Assembly: GCA_904063045.1 (NCBI GenBank)
Contig: CAJFCJ010000006.1
Coordinates: 1,912,946 to 1,976,945, forward strand
Length of the DNA: 64,000 nucleotides
Direction: 5' to 3'
Source: Dimorphilus gyrociliatus
Taxonomy: Eukaryota > Animalia > Annelida
Within the stretch, counting starts at the first letter, position 1. The number at the start of each line of letters is the position of its first letter. A program made the position numbers and the translations under genes. A model generated the notes under the pieces. It was given only the letters and a program-made list of their open reading frames with translations, was not told the origin of the DNA and did no database searches. Shown piece after piece: positions 49,101 through 60,024 of the stretch.

Positions 49101-51671
49101 ATATATTAGAATATACAGTATTTATATATATACTATATAAATCTATATACAGTATAAAAATATGAATAAATCTATGTATATTCGCCACGATTAGCTGTTA
49201 TTTGATTAAATGTTACAAAATGAGGTGAAAAAGAGGAAAAATAGCTAAACAAATAAGCAAATAAGTAGAAGTAAATCACGCCCTTGTTATAGAATAGAAT
49301 GGTAAATAAGCAAATAAGCTGTATAAATGATCGAAGAACAGTAAGAAAGAAAATGTATGCTATTGTGAATTTCCTTCGATTTTATTCAGCTTTTTGAAAT
49401 TTATACTAAACTATATAGGTATTTTAAAATAGCCAATCAGTCAGTATAATAGTAATTTCTCAGTACACGTAATCTATAGGATCAGAATCGTATTGATTAA
49501 TATACTTGTACAAGAATCTTACACTATTAGATTATTTCGGTATAAGTAAACACTTTATTTTAGTTTTGTGCTACCTTAATCACGATTTTAATTAATATCT
49601 CATTTTTATAACTTATGATAATATATATTTAGAATTATATGATTTATCGTAAACTATGTCTTCCATAACTCTTGAAGGCTTCGGGTGTACGTAGCGTAAA
49701 AAATGACTACCATATAAAAAGGCGTTACTATGGAAACGAATAACCCACCTCACTGAATCGACGTTGACGATAGCGTAATTTTACAGGGGAAGAGTCATCT
49801 TTGTCATCTGAAGTTCCACTAACTTCTTCACTTTCGCCGTCCGAACCAATTTTAGGATTTTCATGAACGATTCCTGCAATAGAGAAATATGAGTAAAGTT
49901 GTACAGGTATATCGAAGAACGCCTTAAAGTTCTCTTTTTCTAGCATGTAATTTTTTTTTATACGTCTTTTTTTTCCTATCTCCTTCTATTTGATAGTAGC
50001 TTGTCACTTTTCACACCTTATAACCTCTTACATCTCGATTAGCATACCTCTATGTCTTTCATTTGATAAAAATTTCTCCTTTTAGACTATGTTTAATAAA
50101 CAGCCTAGTGATTTGATTTAAATGAAAATGCAAAAAAATAAAAAAAAACCGAATCGATCATTGTCGATAGGTATAGAAACGAACTCAATTCGTCGTTCTC
50201 CGGTATGTCGACATGTCCGACACTACGGCGTCTGAACGGAAGGTGCTTGACGAAGAGCATAGCTCTCCTTTCTTATCCGGTACCTCCTCTGTTGTTTCAG
50301 GTTATTTCCTATCAGTCCACCCTTTTTTCGTTTAAGCAGAAAATAATATAAAAAAGAAAAACACGCGAGGCGAAAATCAATCGCGGCGGTAAGGTACAGC
50401 ACTAGTTTCGTGACGGCAACGCCAACTGAAAATTTGCGTCCCCTGGCGAGTGACGCTTCGTCTAGAAGGCGTCGTTAGTTGTAATGATTTAAACGATTTA
50501 TAGATAAGAGGTTATACAAGTAAATGGCATTGTCCTTCACCTCGCTGCCCTCGCGTTACTAAATAATTTCCCTAGTTACCAATATTTTATTTTTTGTTTC
50601 AGATAAATTATAAATTAGATTTGTGGTCTAACTAGACGAAATAGCCAAAGGTGTTTCGTTAAGAGACCAATAACTTATACCTAATTGAAATTATGCCCTA
50701 GAGCATTTTTATTGAATTTTTCGCTTGCAGACACTTATTTTGCTTGGTAAAACAGACAAAGGTTATCTTTTCTTCAAAAGATACATTATAGGCCGCAGCC
50801 TGACATCATGAATGTGTTTTTTAGTTTGGCGCTAAAGGAGAATAGGAAGGAGGTACAGGATAAAACCTGCATTGATGCGATAGCGTCAACCTCTAATTTG
50901 TCTAGATTACTATTTTTCACCTCTTTTCGCTCCTGTTTACTTTCTAACACTTATGAAACGGTATAAGCATTTCATAAAGGAAATTAGGATATGATCACAA
51001 AGGTAAAATTTTTATCACCACATTATTCGCATCACGTCAGATACGATTGCGATCGATTCTTCTAAATGAATTATGTTGCGGATTTTATTCCCTTATCCCC
51101 TTTTCCTCACTATCTCCCGTCTTTTCGTTTATCTGACTGGCTCTCTCTTCCTATGCATATCCAATTATCCAGCAAAAAACAGATTAAGTCGTAACGTACC
51201 TAAGGAATTATGCCTCCCTAACGTAGGTCGTTTAAAATATAATTCGAAAGGAACCAAGGAAGACGGCGGTGATGTGAATACTTGTTCTGTAAATAGATAA
51301 AAAAAAAAACCCTTAATAACTTCAAGTGTTGACGGAAAAATAATGATAACAAAAAAAAATTTTAATAGGACTTTAAAGAACGCCATCTGACGGTATGTCT
51401 ACTAGATGAGGATATAAGCTATATATAAAAGAGCATTATTAAAATAGAATAATACAAGTTTTTAGGAAATTCGTAAACAAAAGGATATAATTGTATGTTA
51501 TATATTAAGCCATTATTCTATAATCTATTTACGTTCGGAGTTTCGTATTTCGTTGTCATTATTTTCTATGCTAATATTCTCCGTTAAATCTGACAAACTG
51601 CCGACACTCTTCGATTGACGGAACTTTAGAGAAAGCTTTCGTTTAAGTCTTTTCATGTCACGCAGCAGCAT
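46175..51671 (-). CDS. CDK17: PCTAIRE cyclin-dependent kinase (CDK16/17/18 orthologue), about 9 exons
   Basis: Exon 51671-51533 [15 protein letters not shown]. Exon 51286-51200 [12 protein letters not shown]. Then [78 protein letters not shown] and terminal RRQSMLF* (stop 46177-46175). CDK17 is the closest human paralogue by the C-terminus; one-to-one orthology is not established. Confidence 0.95.
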
Positions 51672-52801
51672 TTGGTGATCTGGAGTAAACAAAGAATCAT
51701 TTACATATTTTTGGAAGTCGCTGACTCATTCATCGAGTCCGGTTGATATACATTAACAAAACATTTGATATAAAAATACAGATAAGATAGATAATTTTGT
51801 TCATCAAAATGTGATAAGCATATTTTTGATCGTTTACCTTTCGGATCTTTAAAGCGGTTAAGTTAATTGACTAAATCATCAAAATTCTTTTGCAATCGCT
51901 GCTAGTTTTTTGTGACCAGTATAAAAAGGATATATCCTTAAAATGAAGCTTAACTATGAATCGAACATTTAAAACCACAATTTTTCTGTTCAGGATCTTG
52001 GTTGCATTGATTGTTTTTAATCCCATGCAACCGTGCACTTCCTGTTCGAATTCTGTTCGAATTACAACTTTTGCATATTCAGTGCGGAAATGAGTTCCAG
52101 ACTACGTTGGACATCGCAAATGTAAAAAGCTGTTCCTATCTTTAAATTTCCGCCTTTTTCAAAATTATTCTCTCAGAGATCATCTCTTAAGACCTACATT
52201 TCCCTAATTACTTGTTTGCACAATTCCTGGAAAGCTACTCTAATATTAATTGAAATAAGAGGGTAGATGGAGATTTTTATATTAATCAGCAGTATTTTAC
52301 AACAATAAATTTAATAGCCTCTCTTTCTTGGAAAGCAATAAATACACTTATTTAGGTGCCGTATGAGACATATATATATATATAATCTTTAAGACAATCC
52401 TTGTTTTTATTTTTGAAGTATTGAATATTTGTTGGTATTATCCTACTTGAATTGTTAAGAAAATTAACGCTTAATCGGCTATAATTACCAAATTGGTACT
52501 GTGAAATAGTATATGTTTAAGAACAAATTTATCAAATCTAAGCATTTTCTTAAGGGTTCTAGAGTTAGCGGAAAAGAATACAAATAGACAAGAGACTGAT
52601 ACTCTAGCTTTTATAAAAATAGAACAGCTTTGTTTCGAGTTAAACTAAGAAAAATGCTTTTATATTAAATGAAACAATATGAAGTAATAAAATTAAATAA
52701 ATCCGCTTAAATAAGCCACTTTCTCCTACTTTTGTGAGTTTTATTTGCTAAAAAGATTGGAAGCTGAAAGACTAGCTGCGCCAAATAATATCGATATATT
52801 T

Positions 52802-52815
52802 GTTGTCTTGGTAAC
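52802..52815 (+). promoter_or_regulatory. RFX X-box
   Basis: GTTGTCTTGGTAAC fits the 14-bp X-box pattern RYYNYY-WW-RRNRAC. It lies 52 nt upstream of the ATG at 52867. Confidence 0.6.
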
Positions 52816-52866
52816 AACGCCCACAAATCGATTCATTAATAGTTGATTACTTGTTCGATAGAAACT

Positions 52867-53220
52867 ATGTCGGATGAAAATGGAGAAGATCAAGAAAAAA
52901 AATCTGAACCGGATGACTTGTCAATATACGATCTTTCTCTATATGAAAGTGACAATGCTCTAGCCGATAATGAGTTTTTTAGAAAGTTTCATAGAGGAGA
53001 GCTACAAATTTTAAAGGAAATAAATTGTTGGATGGAGAAATATGACGTAAAAAAAAGTAACGACAATGAAATTGATGAATTTTTAGAAGATTCATATTCA
53101 ATAATTGATTTGAGCGAATTGAACGATGAAGAAAAATCTCTTCTGCAAGATGAAAAGAGACAAGTCGAAGAAATGACACTACAAGAAATTCTTGGAAGAT
53201 TAGCGAAAGACTTGGATTGA
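52867..53220 (+). CDS. Hypothetical acidic protein, 117 aa, single exon, no recognised family
   Basis: Clean ATG-to-TGA ORF with protein-like composition (MSDENGEDQEKK...MTLQEILGRLAKDLD), preceded by an X-box. Confidence 0.6.
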   Translation: MSDENGEDQEKKSEPDDLSIYDLSLYESDNALADNEFFRKFHRGELQILKEINCWMEKYDVKKSNDNEIDEFLEDSYSIIDLSELNDEEKSLLQDEKRQVEEMTLQEILGRLAKDLD

Positions 53221-54052
53221 ATTTCTCCTATTATATACTATGTATATATAAATCTCTAATTATTTTTAAGGCAGTATCTCTTTTTGTCTTCAATTGTACT
53301 AATACTAATATAGAAGTTGTCCTAATTAAATACTGTGCATAAAACTTTCTCTTCTTATTGACGACACTTGAAATACAGCTGCATTACCGTTATTATCTTT
53401 AATTTTTCCATTTAAAAGGTATTAACAAGCAAATAAGAACCATTTCTTTTTCATATAAGATATTTATTTTTAAATGACTTCTAAAAGATATTCTCTGCGA
53501 TACTCTAATAGTTCGTACGTCTTTTTGTGACAGTTATAGATTTAAATAGATATGATAACCATTAAGTAAGGGCAAATTGATTTTTTCCTGAAGTAGATAG
53601 AAGCAAAAAAGACAGATATACTAATTTGTTGTAGAAAGAGATGACAAACATGTCTCCATTGTATTGAGAATATATTGTTATATAGTACATATTCATATAC
53701 AATATATATATATATTTATATATGTGTATAGAGTAAGAGAGAGAGAGAGAGAGAGAGGGAGAAAGTATACGCAAGTACATATATATATTTGCTCATTCTA
53801 TCAATAACTATAGGCATTATATGAAACTTTGCTTTTTTCATTTATATCAAGATAAACAAAATAAACCATAATGGACAATTATATGAAAAGAAATATCGCA
53901 AAAATCGGAATTATATACTTTTCGTTCAATAGCAGTATTGAAAGATAATCGATAGTTTCATTAAAGAAACTACCATTATTTATAAATGTACCTATTTTAG
54001 ATTTCTTCAAATAGTTTATGGAATATTTATATCTATAAAAGGCTGATAGAAT

Positions 54053-54275
54053 ATGTTATTTCTCTTGTTAATTTCATTTTCAAGTATGTTCTAATGTATA
54101 TATTTATGTTATAGATTAACAACATGGACTGTATATATACAGTTATACAGTTACAGTACACTACACACACTACTATATATAATATATATATATATATATA
54201 TTCTAATATATATGCATCTATTTATATTTATATTTATATTTATATTTATATTTATATTTACATTCATATTTGTAT

Positions 54276-54306
<31 letters not shown>

Positions 54307-57300
54307 TTTATATATAAGTGAATTACGGTTTAAAAGGTTAAGCTTTAATAATATACAGATTTCATCCTTTCTACTCAAATTATCGAGAATTGTGAGCTAA
54401 ATTATTCATCGCCAGATGTTTGTTTAAAATGCCAAGATGGATTTTCTTTATCTGAAGAACACACCTCCTGCCGTAAACGTACGTTTATCATTTAATTACT
54501 TTTTATCAATTTGGCCTTATAAGTTGTCAAAATATAAATATAATAAAGTCAGAAGGTGGAAAAACGTAGCATTAAAAATGTTGTATTAGATTATATCGGT
54601 ATATCTCTGACCGTTTACCGGTAAATTAATATCCTCTCCTCAGGCAACTTAGATTTTAGTAATATTATGAAAGATTGAAGGGGCGATAGGGAAATGAGAG
54701 AGGGGTGAAAGGTTCGCCTTTTAGAGGTCTTGGGTATTAGTTTCATATATTTTAAAGATCGCTTAAGTAATGATTTTACCAATTTTGTTGAAACCATATA
54801 AACTAACTAGAAAACTGTTGAGAATATTAATAACATAACATTGTTTCTATCGGCGTTTTAATCAGCTTGTGTAGCCTTCTGCAAAGTTTGCCAGCAAAAT
54901 GGAAACAAATGTTTGGAATGTGAAAGCGGATTCTATTTGGATACGAGCGACAACTTCTGTTACGGTATGTTATAAAACTCTGGAGTCGTATTATTTCATT
55001 ATATTCTTCAGGTCGGATAAGCCGATTCTGTTGAATTTTTTTTCTATCGAACGTATTATTATTTTCATAGTTCCACACCCATATATTCATTTTTATACAA
55101 TATAGCCTGTCCGGACGGATGCGAAACTTGTTTGGATAGCAAAAATTGCTACATCTGTTCCTCTGCCTTTATATTGAAAAGGGAATCAGATAGAGTAGCT
55201 AGCTGCCAAAGTAAGTTGATATTGAAGTTCTTTGTTTTTGTTTTTATTTTTATTCTTGCCTTGAATAAGACGGGAAATAAATAAGAGAGGAATTCTGTTT
55301 TTTTTCGTTAAAAAGAAACCTGCGATTCGAATTGTTTGGAATGTGAAAGCGAAAACGTCTGCAAAAGATGCAAAGATGGTTACTATTTTGATGAAAGAAC
55401 ACAATTCTGCCAGCAGTGCCCATCAAGATGCAGAAGTTGTAGAGTAGATGGCGTTAGCGATCTTTCATGTACGCAATGTTTTGAAGGAGCGTTTCTGGAT
55501 AATATAAAAGGATGTTCAGGTTTTTTCTATTCTATTTAGGTCTACGTAGATAATTCTCACATCACGTTATTATTCCAAAAAAGTCTGGTTTATATTTCTT
55601 TTAGCATAAACTACAAGCTTATTTAATATTTGATAATCACGTGAAAAGAAAACATTATTGTATCTCAATAGCCATCTAAAAAAGTCAAAGTATGTTCATT
55701 CAATATACTTCATTATTCTTTACGCGTGCATAATAAGTGAATATATCCTATTTATTTTTTGCACTTCTGTATGTATCGTAATATATCTATATATACGTAT
55801 ATTTGCTATAATAACAGACTTTCAACTTGATTATCTTCATGTATATAGCATCCTAGCACTCTCACTCTTTTACTTTCTTGCATATTCTATCTCCTTCTGT
55901 CTCTGTCTGTCTGTCTGCTTGTCTGTCTTTCTCTTCCTCTCTCCCTCCTCTCTCTCTCTTTCTCTCTCTCTACGTCGTTTTCCAGATAATAAAAAAGACT
56001 AATTAGACTAGAAAACTATTCTGGCGATAGAGCTTAATACAGAAAATTGAAAAAACTTCTATTATATAACAATAAATCAGCTGATCCTTTGTTTCCCGGT
56101 TTTTAGTTGATTTTATCTCAATCCTTGTAGGTCGCTGGCAATCTTTTTCAGGTATTGAATAGTTTTTTTGATTATTTTATGTTCGCACATAATATCAAAG
56201 GAGTAAACCACTGGTGTAAGGATGCATTTATGGAAAGTACTTTGCGAATATTGTATGGAATAAATAAAAAGAGAAAGAGACAGGAATTGAAAGGGAGTGG
56301 GAAAAGAAGAGAATAAAAATAGAGAATAAATAATTTTTAAATGGCTCTAAATATATTCTCTTTATTCGGCCGATTATCAACTAAAAAGGTTATTTCATAG
56401 GGAACAGTCGAATTGTAAATCATCAACAGTTTATATATTTAGAAGCTAAAGGAAAGATTCCCGGTTTCTTTCTTATTATATTTTTTGGTATTATGAACTA
56501 TATTATGAATTATTTAATTATTTTCTCTGGTTTATTAAATTCATATTGCCTGATATATTAACCAGTAATAATTGTAAATGAATGTAGGAAATTAAAAGAA
56601 GCCATCTAATTAGTTTGTATTAGAAAAAGCTATTTAAGTGGTAATCGATAGAAAACGTTTTATTAATATATAATAAATATTCGATAGTTTGTCCCCATGG
56701 ATTGGGCTGTAAAACTTGCAGCCAGAGCCGAAAGGAGGAAGGATCTCCAATACAATGCGATTCCTGTTTATCGGCTTTTGGATTGCATACAGATTTCGAT
56801 TATCCGATATGCCTTGGTAATAAGATAGTCTCTATGTGTATAGTTAAAAAGTATATAATGATTGTTTTTCTTTTATTAAAGCTTGCGGAAACAACTGCAA
56901 ATCTTGCACCATCACTTCGTTTTTTAGTAGAGAAGTTTATCTAACAAACTGTACGGTTTGTAACACCGGATTTACGCTTGATAGCGGTCAATGCATAGGT
57001 AAAAATTATACTAAATATACAATATTGATCTGATGTGATAGACCAATTCAAACAGCCTGTTTAGAACCCAACTGTGAAAGGTGTAAAACTGCGGAAATAT
57101 GCTCTCAATGCTCAGAAGGTTTCTATTTATCGCACACTAATGAATGCAAAAGTAAGTTAAAGGCATGAAAAGTCAACTCTTTAATTAAGACTTATAACCT
57201 TCACCTTACTCGAGTTCTCCTCTCTTGCAGCCTGTCCATTCAAATGCCTTTCATGTAAGTCTGCAAACACCTGTACGGTTTGCAGAAGTGGATTTTCTTT

Positions 57301-59461
57301 AACCGCAAATTGGCAATGCAAAGAGTGCGGCCGAATTCCCGGTTGCAAAAGTTGTTTGGCGAAGGAATCTTGTAGAAAATGTAAATCCGGCTATGAAAGT
57401 TCTAACGATGGATTGGAGTGTAAACGTGAGTTATTCGATAAATACTCTCATTTTTTATATCTTTAGTTGATATGAGAGATCCTATATTTAGACCAATAGT
57501 CAACTGCAATCGTTCGTATACATGAAGTTATATTTGTTTTGTATAAAATAACATAGATTTCTATTTCCCTGGGTTTAATTATTTTATTATTCAATTAGAA
57601 GCCGTTACAAAGTGTCAGTTGCCATACACTCTTAAGGTATCTAAGACCTATTTACTCCTCCTCATTTCTTATAAAGGGGAAGCTAGCTCAAAAGAACCGT
57701 TTTATCTTCGATAAGTCAATAGGTCTTTTTGTCTCGTATATTATTTGCCTTCTTTTGTCGAATCACTAATTCTCTGTTAGCGTTCTTTCTTTCCTATCTT
57801 CTCTCATTGTATACTATAGTTGTATAATTAGAAATCTTCTACTTTGTAGTTTATTTTTCCCAGCTATAAATATTTTCCCATTTATTTTTGCATTTAAATT
57901 ACCCAAAATCCCAAAATACATTACGAAATGTATTTTAATAAAAACATTACGATCATTCCCAATGCGTTTTTCTTCCCCCAGTCCCTCCCAAAAAAAGAGA
58001 GAAATATTCTTTGCTCCGGTCTATTCGATATGTATTGATGTAACTTGTCATTTTTTTCCTGGGCTAGTCGATAGTATTTCCGTGCTGGGGTCACGTGACT
58101 AAACAAAAAAAAATATATAAATTGTACAGTGATGGACTGCGAACTGTGTATGTAAATATAATTTATGTACTATAGTATTGCATATGTACAGTATATTGAA
58201 ATGGACTTGATACAATTCATATATAGAAGACTTAAAATGTAGATACTAATAGATTTTATACATAAATTGCGTTAATTTATGTATTGAAAAATTACGTCTT
58301 TGACTTGCTTTTTTCTCAATTAATAGCCACTCACAGATGTTACGCTTGTAAAGGAGATGAAAAGACTTGTGGTAGAAACTTTAGAGATTTCACGGTTTCC
58401 TGCCCAAATAAGGACTGTTGGGTAGGGCTTTATATTTTATCTTCTCTTCTGTATATTTTAATTAAAAGTTCTTAAAATTATTACAAAGTAAATGGAAAAA
58501 AGGGAAATGAACTGCTTACTCCTTTGCCTTTATCTTGTAAGCTCAAATAGTAAAAAATATTTTTTGTTCACCTACACTAGACGATTACGCTAGTGGAAGC
58601 GGGGCTGACTACATACATCCGGAACTGCAATCTGGGCATCTGTACAAAGGACGCTACCTTCCAGGAATGTTTTGTTTCCAGCAGGGTACAAGTTAGTATA
58701 TTACATTTGAAAAAACTTTGGTCAGGGGGAGCCACAGTTTATAATATTTTCTTTTCCTATGTTTTTCAAGTAAAGCTTTCATTTTTACCTGCAACAACTT
58801 TTCTGCTTTGAATATACGTGCAAAGGAATGTAATAGATTATTCTAAATGTACAGTATCTATGAAAATGAACGAGTTATAAGCACCGCAACGCATTACTAA
58901 TGTAGTCGTTTTGCTGCATGATATTTAGTCTCAATGGGCTAAAAGCAAGGCATGAGAACAGTTTGCAAATTCATGAGTAAAACAAAGAGATTTTTTTGAT
59001 AGTCTACGTACGATGGTTGTCTTGAAACAAAAGGTTAATGAATAATTACAAAAATTAATTGCCTCCCAGCAAAGACGCAAAAATAATGAATAAACTCTTT
59101 ACTTTCTTTAAATATTTAAAAAGCTCAATATCGCGAAAGTAACTTAAAATTATGGACATTTATTGAAATAATTATTATTCAAGAACTAGCTTGATATGAA
59201 AAATGCATGTTAAACATTCCTATCATATGTGTTCATAAAAGGATTATCAATCAAATTATGCTTTTCACGTATAAACTTAAATTTATTAACAAGACGTACG
59301 ACGATTTATTCATACAGAAATGTCAAAGATGCTGTAGGAGAGACTTGTGCAACAATTCAACACTCTACGATTTGCCCGACAAATTGACGCCGTACGACAA
59401 AATATCGCCTGAAGGGACGCTCAACATTTATATTGCAGCCACCGTTATATCTCGGCCTTGA
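54053..59461 (+). CDS. Secreted or cell-surface protein with 10 furin-like Cys-rich repeats and a C-terminal Ly6/uPAR (three-finger) domain, ~481 aa, 12 exons
   Basis: Exons 54053-54083, 54359-54478, 54866-54964, 55106-55210, 55316-55519, 56688-56816, 56882-56998, 57056-57151, 57231-57425, 58327-58421, 58581-58691 and 59318-59461 all join in frame by GT-AG. Signal peptide MLFLLLISFSNFILS, CxxxCxxC...CxxCxxG(F/Y) repeats, and an LU domain running RCYAC...CCRRDLCN. Confidence 0.85.
54220..54260. repeat. (TTTATA)n hexamer tandem repeat next to (TA)n, in intron 1 of the furin-LU gene
   Basis: tttatatttatatttatatttatatttatatttatattta. Confidence 0.9.
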
Positions 59462-59571
59462 AGAAATAGAAAAAAAAAACAAATTTCATTATGTACATAC
59501 ACGTTGCTCTTTAAATTTTAATATTTAGACGTCGATGTCTATAAATATGTATAATATAGAGTATATACATA

Positions 59572-59574
59572 TAC

Positions 59575-59612
<38 letters not shown>
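59572..59612. repeat. (TA)n microsatellite
   Basis: Long TA run. Similar runs near 8279-8296, 29355-29380, 42537-42563, 45760-45800 and 62538-62560. Confidence 0.9.
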
Positions 59613-59619
<7 letters not shown>

Positions 59620-60024
59620 ATACTGCAATAGTACTTCGTGTCGTTTTATATTAACAGATTACTTGTACAGCATTTTAAAGTTATTTACAATTACGATAGC
59701 ATCTATATTGAAAACATTTAAGGTCAAATAAACTACTGGATTTGTTTAAAAGTCTTAGAAATTTATCTCCGTGTTTCACCTGTTATCATTCTCATATCTT
59801 CTTCATACCTCTTTTTGATCATCGGAACAAAGGAGTATGCAGGACGGAGAGGAAGACCCTAATTAGACTTTAATGAGGGGACTCCCGGTGAAGCTGATAA
59901 AAATACGTTCAATGATGAAAAGATAGAAGGGAAAAAGAATTCTTTGTTTTTTTTTTGTTTCTTTTGTTTGTTTAAAAAAAAAGGTTCAGAGAAGAAATTA
60001 ATAGCGATGTTGATTTCCAGTGCT

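Noticed and set aside
49875-49946. ORF-track start [11 protein letters not shown]... for the CDK
   Set aside because: This part is intron. A strong acceptor (ctctattgcag) precedes GIVHENPK, and the upstream exons match the PCTAIRE N-terminus.
50149-50260. Minus-strand [27 protein letters not shown]... as an alternative first exon of the CDK
   Set aside because: Its only donor (gttttt) is weak and phase 0, whereas the next exon needs phase 1. Better exons at 51671-51533 and 51286-51200 explain the N-terminus.
51868-52098. 77-codon open frame upstream of the CDK start (minus strand)
   Set aside because: No recognisable similarity or convincing splice pair. It may be 5' UTR or a uORF, but I cannot support that.
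57600-57638. Short AG...GT block (AVTKCQLPYTLK) inside the furin-LU gene as an extra exon
   Set aside because: It would end in phase 0 while the next exon starts in phase 1, breaking the frame.
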